A stretch of DNA of 29,593 nt from Candidatus Sericytochromatia bacterium (lineage in GTDB: Bacteria; Cyanobacteriota; Sericytochromatia; UBA7694; JACMQJ01), in the NCBI GenBank assembly GCA_014377055.1, contig JACMQJ010000183.1, positions 1-29,593 of the forward strand, given 5' to 3'. A model generated the notes under the pieces. It had not been told where the DNA came from and searched no databases. It saw nothing but the letters and a program-made list of their open reading frames with translations. Shown piece after piece: positions 8,813 to 17,700 of this stretch (position 1 is the stretch's first letter; every line of letters starts with the position of its first letter). The position numbers and the translations under genes were made by a program.

Positions 8813-10105
8813 TTATTTTTTCTCAGTATATTTTCTTAGAAACTCAATAATAGCTGCTGATTCACTTTTAGTGATAAGCTTTCTAGTTTTATACCTTGAT
8901 ACAATAGGTTCCCATTCATCGCCTGTATGAACATCTGGACTGATCAATATATGACATTTTGAACAATTATTGATATATAAAGTTCTTCCCTTATCAACAG
9001 TGTTCAAAGTTTCATTTTTTTCTAAGTCCTCAGCATCTATTTTTTTTAATAATAGCAAACTAAATATTTTTGGATATTCAAAATTACCCTTATAGGTTAG
9101 ACCTGCTTGTATCCCATAATAATTATCTATATTATTTCCTAAAATTGGTTTGTCAAACGCAAGATTAACATCAAAATTAGAAAATTTATATCCTAAATTT
9201 GGTCTAACAGATAAATAATTAGAGCTTTGAGCATTTCCATCATTAACAGTTGAATATCCATATAAGCTAATATCAAAATCAAACATAACTTTATATGAAA
9301 AAAGCTTTAAATTGAGTGGTTCAAGGATGTTGTTCTTACCCAAATCAAAAATATAATTTATTTGAGAAGAAAAGTTAGTATTAGTAATTGTTTTATCTGC
9401 ATTTGCAGTACTTAAAGAAAATCTATATTTGTAACCGATACCAGCTTGAGCATACAAAGAATCAAAATTATAAAGCTCAAATGGTTTGGTAGCTAGTAAC
9501 ATAATTCCTAAATCGGGTTGATTCTCTCCTACTGTAGATATTTTTAAAGTATCAGCTATAATTGAGCCAGGTGCTTTAGCATCAATTTGAACTGACAAAA
9601 TTACAGGTTTATCAATAATCTTAAATTTAAAATCAAACCATGGATTGGGTATGCTTGCAGGCTGACCAAAATTATATCTATAGGGGATATTAGCAAAAAA
9701 AGAAAGATTATCAATTATTCCCCATCCAAAACTTAAGTTAGGTTGGATAAATGAATAATTATGTTCATTAACTACTAGTAAACCATTACTATCAAAACTG
9801 CCATAAGCAAAATCTGTACTAAGTCCCAATCTAGCAAAAACTTCATTTCCCTTGAGGGTTGCCGCACCAGTAAATAAATTTGATGAGCCTCCTTGTTGAA
9901 TTTTTGGATAGTAGTTAAGATTATAAGCATCTTCTCTTGCTTTAGTTTCAATTACCTTTGTTTTTTTATTGAATTCTATTTCATCATCTGTTAAATCGTC
10001 AGCAAGCGAGGGATTATAATTTGAGCTAGATAATAAAAAAAATATTAGCATCGCTATACTCGTATTTTGATACTTTTTATTCTTATATCTTTTCTTTTTT
10101 GTCAA
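8813..10105 (-). CDS. Putative outer-membrane beta-barrel protein with C-terminal c-type cytochrome domain
   Basis: Signal-peptide-like N-terminus ending SLA-DD; many alternating amphipathic aromatic strands (FGWGIIDNLSFFANIPY, YAQAGIGYKYRF, VRPNLGYKF, YGIQAGLTY); C-terminal GRTLYINNCSKCH...P...EW heme motif at 8951-8965. Confidence 0.65.
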   Translation of the reverse strand: MTKKKRYKNKKYQNTSIAMLIFFLLSSSNYNPSLADDLTDDEIEFNKKTKVIETKAREDAYNLNYYPKIQQGGSSNLFTGAATLKGNEVFARLGLSTDFAYGSFDSNGLLVVNEHNYSFIQPNLSFGWGIIDNLSFFANIPYRYNFGQPASIPNPWFDFKFKIIDKPVILSVQIDAKAPGSIIADTLKISTVGENQPDLGIMLLATKPFELYNFDSLYAQAGIGYKYRFSLSTANADKTITNTNFSSQINYIFDLGKNNILEPLNLKLFSYKVMFDFDISLYGYSTVNDGNAQSSNYLSVRPNLGYKFSNFDVNLAFDKPILGNNIDNYYGIQAGLTYKGNFEYPKIFSLLLLKKIDAEDLEKNETLNTVDKGRTLYINNCSKCHILISPDVHTGDEWEPIVSRYKTRKLITKSESAAIIEFLRKYTEKK

Positions 10106-10272
10106 AATTATTTCTCCAAAATAAAACTACCATAATGTAATTCAACTTAATTTTAAATTATCTTTGCCTTAAAGCACAGCCCATAATGATTAAATAATTT
10201 TTAGTTATCAAAAATATTAAAGTTTAAATGTATAATTGTATAGAAAAATATTAAAAACCTAAAAAAATAAAT

Positions 10273-11364
10273 ATGGCTACAACATCAAGATTAAATATGA
10301 ACAAATTTATCAAAGATAGATCTGCTAAGAATGGATTAGCTCCTGGATCTCTAGTTCATATTGGAGCAAAAAAAATTGATCATGTTGAAATAGATTTGAT
10401 TGATTATAGTGAAAATCATTTTGAAGAAAAAAAGATTAGTTCTGTTAGAGATAGCTTACATCTAAAAGATAACCCAACTGTAACATGGGTAAATATTGAA
10501 GGTCTTGAAGATACTGATACTATAAAAGCGATAGGTGAGTATTTTGGTTCAAATCTTCTGATTCTTGAAGACATGCTTAATACAGATCAACGACCAAAAA
10601 TAGAGATATTTGATGATTATATTTTTATAGTTTTTAAAATGCTTTCATACAATGATAATCTTGATCAAATAAATACAGAACAAGTAAGTATTGTTTTTGG
10701 TAAAGATTATTTAATCTCACTACAAGAAGGAATTGAAGGTGATGTTTTTGAACCTGTTCGTAATCGACTTAGAAAAGGAAGTAACTATATTAGAAAAAAA
10801 GGAGCGGACTTTTTGGCTTATACGTTATTGGATGTAGTTATTGATAATTATTTTGATGTTCTCGAAAAAATTGGCGAAAAGATGGAGACTCTTGATGAGC
10901 AATTAATTAATAATCCAAGACCTGAAGTTTTACAAGAAATATATAATTTAAAAAGAGAAATTATTTTTATGCGTAAATCTATTTGGCCGATGCGTGAAAT
11001 AGTTAATCGCTTTGAACAAGTTGAATCCGAAATTGTCTGTCAAACAACAAGAGCCTATCTTAGAGATATATATGATCATATTATTCAGGTCATTGATACA
11101 GAAGAAACTTTTAGAGATATTATTTCAGGAATGATGGATTTGTATCTTTCAAGTATCAGTAATAGAATGAATGAGATAATGAAATTTTTATCAATTGTTG
11201 GAACTATTTTTATCCCTTTAACTTTTATTGTCGGTCTTTATGGTATGAATTTTGAATATATGCCAGAGCTAAAATCAAAGTATGGTTATCCAACTGTTGT
11301 TATTATTATGGTGTTAGTTGCTACATCAATGGTTGCATTTTTTAAAAAGAAAAAATGGCTTTAA
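10273..11364 (+). CDS. corA: Magnesium/cobalt transporter CorA
   Basis: GLAPGSLVHIG start, DQRPKIE, YLRDIYDH, NRMNEIMKFL, signature YGMNF, two C-terminal transmembrane helices, KKKKWL end. Confidence 0.95.
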   Translation: MATTSRLNMNKFIKDRSAKNGLAPGSLVHIGAKKIDHVEIDLIDYSENHFEEKKISSVRDSLHLKDNPTVTWVNIEGLEDTDTIKAIGEYFGSNLLILEDMLNTDQRPKIEIFDDYIFIVFKMLSYNDNLDQINTEQVSIVFGKDYLISLQEGIEGDVFEPVRNRLRKGSNYIRKKGADFLAYTLLDVVIDNYFDVLEKIGEKMETLDEQLINNPRPEVLQEIYNLKREIIFMRKSIWPMREIVNRFEQVESEIVCQTTRAYLRDIYDHIIQVIDTEETFRDIISGMMDLYLSSISNRMNEIMKFLSIVGTIFIPLTFIVGLYGMNFEYMPELKSKYGYPTVVIIMVLVATSMVAFFKKKKWL

Positions 11365-12710
11365 ATTTTTTGAAATTCAATTTTCTTTTCATTGAAGTTG
11401 ATTCCATAATTTGCTAACTCATCAAGGATAGGAGCATATATATCTTTTGTTAATGGAATAATTATTCCTGTCTTATTAATTATTCCATTTAATATATGTT
11501 TTGTGGCTATAGCAACTGGTAAACCTACTGTTTTTGCCATTGCTGTATAAGTTTGATTGTCACCAATAACAACCATAGATGATTGTATCTGCTTATGTTG
11601 ACCTAGTTCCATATAATCAAACTTATGCCACATAATTACCATGTCTTTATCTTCTGGCTCCAAAGTCCATTTTTTTTCTAGTATATGCTGTAAAATTTGA
11701 GCTGGAGTAGCATTTTTCAATCCTATTTTAATATTTTTGAATAAATCCAACCACTCTAATTTTTCCATTAGATCAGAGTCTTGATCAATATTAAGATAAT
11801 GCTGAACTTTTAGCTCAACAGAATCTATAATATCATAAGCCAAAAATAAGTTAATAAAGTCTCTATATGTCATATTTTCTGAGTTATCAAGTATATAACT
11901 ATCATCTGTCATTCCAAGCTGAACGAACATATCCCATGCTCTACAAAAACCTAATCTCCTAAGTGTACCTCTAAAAAATGTTTTAACATCTTTTAGTCCA
12001 TACACATCACAATAAGTTAATGAATCCCTATTGGCATATCCTTGAAACTTGCCATATCCTTCTATCTCAATAACTTCTGTACGTCTAAAAATTTTATGAT
12101 AAGGAATATATTTATATTTGCCAGCTTGAATAAATTTGGCTGCAGATCCCTGTGCTGCTATCACTACATTTCTAGGATTCCAAGTAAATTTGTATTTCCA
12201 AGGATTATCTTTTTCATATTCAGGAGCAACAAGACCACCACAAAAAGATTCAAAGCCTATCATTTCTGATCCTGTTTCTTTGATCTGATCAATAACTTTC
12301 ATAGCCGATAAGTGATCAAGACCTGGATCTAAGCCTATCTCATTTAAAAAAATCAATCCAGCATTTTTAACTTCTTGTTCCATTGCTTTTAATTCTGGTG
12401 AAACATAAGAAGCTGTGACAAGATTTTTTTTGAGTTTTAAGCAATCTTTGGCAACGATAATATGAAATCTAGCAGGTAAAAGAGAAATGACTATATCTGA
12501 ATTTATTATCTCACTTTCTCTTTGTTTTTGATTAAAAACATCAAATTTAATAGCTTTAATTGACGAATTATCTTTTATATGTTCATTAAGATGCTCTATA
12601 AAAATATCGGCAACAGTTGTTGACCAGTTTTCTTGTTCAGCATTGTCCATTAAATATTTTATTAGTGAGGATGAAGATTTACCTGCACCAATCAGTAATA
12701 TTTTTCTCAT
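11361..12710 (-). CDS. Saccharopine dehydrogenase family oxidoreductase
   Basis: Rossmann ILLIGAGKS, TASYVS, NEIGLDPGLDH, FESFCGGL, YKFTWNPRNV, YANRDSL, RGTLR, AMAKTVGLP. Confidence 0.9.
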   Translation of the reverse strand: MRKILLIGAGKSSSSLIKYLMDNAEQENWSTTVADIFIEHLNEHIKDNSSIKAIKFDVFNQKQRESEIINSDIVISLLPARFHIIVAKDCLKLKKNLVTASYVSPELKAMEQEVKNAGLIFLNEIGLDPGLDHLSAMKVIDQIKETGSEMIGFESFCGGLVAPEYEKDNPWKYKFTWNPRNVVIAAQGSAAKFIQAGKYKYIPYHKIFRRTEVIEIEGYGKFQGYANRDSLTYCDVYGLKDVKTFFRGTLRRLGFCRAWDMFVQLGMTDDSYILDNSENMTYRDFINLFLAYDIIDSVELKVQHYLNIDQDSDLMEKLEWLDLFKNIKIGLKNATPAQILQHILEKKWTLEPEDKDMVIMWHKFDYMELGQHKQIQSSMVVIGDNQTYTAMAKTVGLPVAIATKHILNGIINKTGIIIPLTKDIYAPILDELANYGINFNEKKIEFQKI

Positions 12711-12941
12711 TTAAGTTACTTTCTTTAAATTAATATATAATAATTGTATAGAAGAAACTCACAAATAACCCATATCTTTACAAAAAGAGGGGAATAAGAA
12801 TTCCTTTATAAACTTTGGGTTACTTTTTTAGGAGAAATCAAAAGTCTAAAAAACGGTTTATAAATAGTGAAATATCTTTTACTATAGCCTTAAAATATAG
12901 ATTATAGCAATATATATATAAACAGCAAAGTTAGTTAAATA

Positions 12942-13736
12942 ATGGAAAACGACGATAATAAAGTTGATAATTTAGAAAATTCTTTTTTAATTTATAATCA
13001 CGAATCTCAAACGCTTAAAGGTTTTGATTATTTTATCGCTTGGATCAAAAACTTTCCTATAACAGCATTATGTATTTTTATTTCGATTGTTTTGTATATA
13101 TTAGTCAGTTATTCTACTTATTTTGAATTTAAAAGTTATCCTCAAGAAAATGCCAGAGAATATTTAGCATATATTAAGTATGGTGCTGTACTAGGTGGTC
13201 CATCTCAAGAATTACTATCACAGGGACAATTATGGCGATTACTAGTAAATGTCTTTCATCACGGTGGATTTATACATATTTTCTTTAATCTAACTGCCAT
13301 GTATGTTATTGGTGCTTACGCAGAAAAATATATGGGTAGCATAGCTTACTTAATTTTTATTTTACTTTGTGGTATGGGTCAAGAAATTGCTTGCCAACTA
13401 ACTATAGAGCAAGGAGCAATAGGTATATCAGGAGTTGCATTTGGTATTTTTGGTATTTTGATGATTATCAAAAACCAAGATGCAAATATCAAAAAATTTA
13501 TGACAAAAGAGTTAATCAGGTCAATGATTTTTCAATTAATTTTATTCATGTTTTTAACTTATTTTAATATTCTTAATATTGCTAATGTTGGACATATTTT
13601 TGGCTTATTTTATGGTTTCTTTTTTGCTTTCACATTTTATAAGTCACCGAGTTTAATAAAAAAAATATTTTTTGTGCTAGTAAATTTATCAATTATTCCA
13701 GGATTATATTATATTTACAATAATGTTATAAATTAA
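12942..13736 (+). CDS. Rhomboid family intramembrane serine protease
   Basis: GQLWRL (WR motif), HIFFN, catalytic GISG, ANVGHIFG (catalytic His), multiple transmembrane segments. Confidence 0.9.
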   Translation: MENDDNKVDNLENSFLIYNHESQTLKGFDYFIAWIKNFPITALCIFISIVLYILVSYSTYFEFKSYPQENAREYLAYIKYGAVLGGPSQELLSQGQLWRLLVNVFHHGGFIHIFFNLTAMYVIGAYAEKYMGSIAYLIFILLCGMGQEIACQLTIEQGAIGISGVAFGIFGILMIIKNQDANIKKFMTKELIRSMIFQLILFMFLTYFNILNIANVGHIFGLFYGFFFAFTFYKSPSLIKKIFFVLVNLSIIPGLYYIYNNVIN

Positions 13737-14029
13737 TCTATCAGTTTTAAAACGTCTGCAATGTTGTCGTAATCATAAATATTATCTCTCGCATTATCTA
13801 TTTTTTCTATATCATTACAGTTATCTATTTTATTCTCAATATCACTATTTATTTTACCAAATTTCTTGGTTAATAGATTTTTAAGTCTTTGTTTTACATT
13901 CTCTAACGTTATTTTATCTGCTTCAATTTTTCCTTCAAGCTTGCCCTCAATTTTTCCTTCAAGCTTGCCTTCAATTTTACCTTTATTTACTAGCTCTTCT
14001 TTCTCTTTTCGGATAGCAGTTAAAAACAT
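13733..14029 (-). CDS. Predicted internally initiated small C-terminal Rpn product (RpnS-type intragenic antitoxin), 98 aa
   Basis: In-frame ATG at 14029 (MFLTAIRK...) preceded by GAGGT (14041-14037) with a 7-nt spacer; the product contains the 4-aa repeat helix. Confidence 0.55.
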   Translation of the reverse strand: MFLTAIRKEKEELVNKGKIEGKLEGKIEGKLEGKIEADKITLENVKQRLKNLLTKKFGKINSDIENKIDNCNDIEKIDNARDNIYDYDNIADVLKLID

Positions 14030-14758
14030 TGAGTTAACCTCTTCTTTGGTCTTATATAATTTTTCAAGTTCCTTATAATCAATTATATCAACTTTTTCAT
14101 TTATTGACATTTGCTTAAAATAATTCAGAAATAACTTTAAAGGTGTTGTTATTCCTTGATTGTCTAATATTTTTTGCACTTCTTGATGAATTATTCCTAG
14201 CTCATAATCTACTTCCATTATAAAAAGTGTTGAAACTATATTTCCTATTTTTAATAATTCCTGTAATGAATATGTGTTTTCTTTAAGTAAAAAAATATCA
14301 AAGTTAATACCATAATTTGCTAGTATATGATTATTTTTTATAAAATCAGATACTTTATTAGAATGATTCCATTTATCATCTCCATTGTACAAAACTAATG
14401 GAAAAATAGGAGGAAGTGAAATATCAGTTCCTTTTTCTTTGATCAAATCTAAATACATATTTGTTATATAATTTAAGCATCTGACAGGCATAAATTTATC
14501 TACAGATGATTGAAATTCTAATAAAATATAAATATATATCTCTGTATCATCAACTAATTTAACTTTATAGATTACATCTGACTCTGTCTTTTCATACTTA
14601 TCTGAAATAAAAGTTTTATCGACTCTCTCTGATTTACTAAAATCGATATTTTGCACCCAATCCAATTTTACAAAAGATTGTATCAGTTCTCTAAATATTT
14701 CATGATTAGAAAATAGCTGCTTGTAAGCCCTGTCATATATTTGGTATATCTTATCCAC
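13733..14758 (-). CDS. Rpn family recombination-promoting nuclease / putative transposase (PD-(D/E)XK), long form
   Basis: YDRAYKQLFS start region, ESDVIY and YILLEFQSSVD nuclease motifs, PLVLYNG, EGKI/EGKL 4-aa repeats, LTKKFG C-terminal domain. The track start at 14815 overlaps the upstream gene; GTG at 14758 is more likely. Confidence 0.88.
   Translation of the reverse strand: MDKIYQIYDRAYKQLFSNHEIFRELIQSFVKLDWVQNIDFSKSERVDKTFISDKYEKTESDVIYKVKLVDDTEIYIYILLEFQSSVDKFMPVRCLNYITNMYLDLIKEKGTDISLPPIFPLVLYNGDDKWNHSNKVSDFIKNNHILANYGINFDIFLLKENTYSLQELLKIGNIVSTLFIMEVDYELGIIHQEVQKILDNQGITTPLKLFLNYFKQMSINEKVDIIDYKELEKLYKTKEEVNSMFLTAIRKEKEELVNKGKIEGKLEGKIEGKLEGKIEADKITLENVKQRLKNLLTKKFGKINSDIENKIDNCNDIEKIDNARDNIYDYDNIADVLKLID
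13923..13983. repeat. 24-bp tandem repeat x2.5 encoding EGKLEGKI units in Rpn
   Basis: tcaatttttccttcaagcttgcc(c/t) at 13923 and 13947, partial third copy at 13971. Confidence 0.9.
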
Positions 14759-14781
14759 TTGATTTATTTCAACTTTTATAA

Positions 14782-17700
14782 TTATTTTCGTTCTATAGGT
14801 AATTGATATTGCCAAACAACTTCTGAGTTTTTATTAACTTCAATAATTTGCTTATTTGAGCTATGAACAATTACAGTATTGCCGTTGTCAAGCCTAGTTA
14901 CATTACTAGGGCTACTAAGTTGTCTAGCAGAATTACCCACTTTATAATTCATAAATTCCCAAATAATACGATTAGCATCATTAATCTCAATAACACGATT
15001 ATTTCGAGCATCAGCTATTAAAGTTGTATTATCAGAGGTTCTAGTTGCTTTTTCTGGATACATAAGCTGATTTGATTTATTACCTGATGAGCGATCTGTT
15101 CCATATTTCCAAAGTATATTTCCTTGCATATCAACTTCAATAACAGTATGATTACTCCAATCAGTTATAAGAGTATTATTATTAATAAGTCTTTCTGCAT
15201 AATAAGGAGCATTAAGAAGATTATTACCACCTTCCCAGCCACCATAAGTCCAAAGTATTTCTTTTTGTAGATTTACCTCAATCACCCTAGAACTGTATTG
15301 ATCAGTGATTAAAACATTATTATCTGGAGTTTGAACTGCTGACCTTGGATGTCCTAACTGATTATTGCCACTACCCATTGCTCCACTAATACCGTAAGTC
15401 CAAACAATTTCTTTAGTTGGTCTATATATTTTAATTACCCTATGATTGTCAGTATCAGCAACATAGACATATTCATCTTTAATTAGCTCTACATATTGAG
15501 GTCTTTCAAGATAATTTTCACTACTTTCTGACGACTCACCAAAACGCCATATAATATTTTTATAGCGATTAACAATCGAAATTTTGTGATTAGCTCGATC
15601 AACCAGAGCAACTTCAATTTCAGTTAAATTACTCATATTTTTTACATAATTACTAGTTGCTTGTCTTGCCTTTTCATGAGTCTTAGTTGTCATTCTATCA
15701 TTAATTATTTTATCTTCTTCTTGTGATATAGTTTCTTCTTTAAATTCTGGAGATTTGGCTAAGTATTCTATTTGTCTGATATATATTAGTTGTCCTTGTG
15801 CTCCTACCTCTATAACCTGCTCAGGACTTATAATTACAGTATGACCTGTTTTTAATCTATAAGCTTTGAGGGCATTAATATTTATTGGACAACCTTGATC
15901 CATACTTGTGGCAAAATGCCATGTAACTTGCTTATCCTGATTTACTTCGATAATTCTGTTATTACCAGTATCAACAACCAAAGTATTACCATTGTCTAAC
16001 TTATAAGCAAACATTGGTGAATTAAGCTGATCTTTGGCTGAACCGTAGCCACTACCAAGCCTATTTTTACTATTACCATATTGCCAAAATATTTCATCAT
16101 TTTCATCAATTTCTATAATTCGATGATTATCTGTATCTGTAATTAAGGTATGACCATTACTTAGTCTTTGTATATAACTAGGGCTATAAAGTTTTTTATC
16201 TGTCGCTCCAACTGTTGCTGTTGTACCGTATTGCCAAACTATTTTATCAAGATGATTTACTTCAAATACTCGATGATTACCTTGATCGGCAATTAATGTA
16301 TTACCATTAAGTAAACGTATTGCTTGCACAGGTCTTCTTAAGAATAAATCTCTAAATCCTTCTCTATTTTTTAGTTCCCAATATATACGACCTGACTTGG
16401 TAAACTCAATAATTCGATCTCCCTCAGAATCAGATATTAAGGTTGTTCCACTTCTTAAACGCATTGCACTGTATGGATGTATCAAATCATTGTTGTTTTT
16501 ATTGGCTATTTGCCAAACAATTTGACCACCCTCATTTGTTTCTAAGACACGATTACCCAATGTATCAGGTATCAATAAATGTCCTTCATTAAGATTAGCC
16601 AAAGGGCTTGGAGAAGCTGGAGATCTGACATCCTCATTCTGAGATTTGTGATCATTTTCTCTTGAACATTTAGAACAGATCTCAATCTCTGCTGGAATGC
16701 TTACACCACATTTTTCACAAATTGATTCGGTTGACTTTTCTTTTACAGGCTCATCATCAACAGGAGGAGCATTATATACTTGCTGATTATTGTTAGCTGG
16801 GGCTGATACATTAGTTTGAGTTTGTTTTTTTTGAGCTATTTCGCTTAATGTTTTTAACATAACGACTAATTTTTCTTGATTAACAACTATTTCTAAGGAA
16901 AAATCGCCGACAAGATTTTCAATTTTAATAAAAGCATAGTCTTTGTCTAATATCTCATCTTTAGCTCTGGTAATTAAAGAGTGATATTTAAAAATATCTG
17001 CTCTTGGTACTTCTATGCCCCAAATACTATGAAAATCTTCAACGCAAATAGCCATAATAGCTTCTTCTAGCATAGTTGGATCAAGTGTTTTAAGTTTTTC
17101 TCTAACTGCTTGCCTAACATCCGATGGAATATTAGCAGACATATTTGGTGGTAACTCTGTTCTTGCTCTAGGTACATTGACAGGTAAGGCTTTCAGCTCT
17201 GCCTTATTTGTATGTTTTACCATTTCTTTATTTTCTGGTTTAGCCAAATTTTGAGCTTGAACTTGCTCTTTATGATGTTGACTTAAATCTTGTTGATTTT
17301 GTTCTGATTCGCTTTGTCTAGATATAATTGAGTCATATTTTTCTTTGATCACTTTATAAAATTCTTTCATAAAACGATTAAATTCAGCCATAGTAAAATC
17401 CACTAATACCACATCAAGATCAGGAAACTTTTGCTCTATTATTTCTTTAAGCTTCTTTTTATTGGCAGGATTAGCTATGGCTAAAGTTAATTTACCATCA
17501 ATTTTATTAATCGGTAAAAAGGCAAAATATCTCATCTGGTCTTCTTTAAAAGCGAGTAATAAAGAGGGATCTAGCTCAAATTGATATAATATAGGATATT
17601 TTTGTGCTGATGTCAAAGTTTGCTCTTCATCATCATCCATTTCTTTTTCTAGTAAACCAAAGCCTTCTTCATTTTCTAAAGGTTCTTGAATTATATTTTG

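Noticed and set aside
10233-12753. Identical 13-mer taattgtatagaa at 10233 and 12741
   Set aside because: An AT-rich 13-mer match is expected by chance at this composition, and its orientation relative to neighbouring genes is inconsistent.
13733-13736. TTAA at the Rpn end as a transposon target-site duplication
   Set aside because: No matching TTAA-bounded terminal inverted repeats at the other end; Rpn genes are not known to be flanked this way.
12042-14078. Short ORFs 12042-12269, 13367-13567 and 13866-14078
   Set aside because: Antisense or out-of-frame overlaps within well-supported genes, with no motifs; the PSSLPSIF repeats mirror the Rpn EGK repeats.
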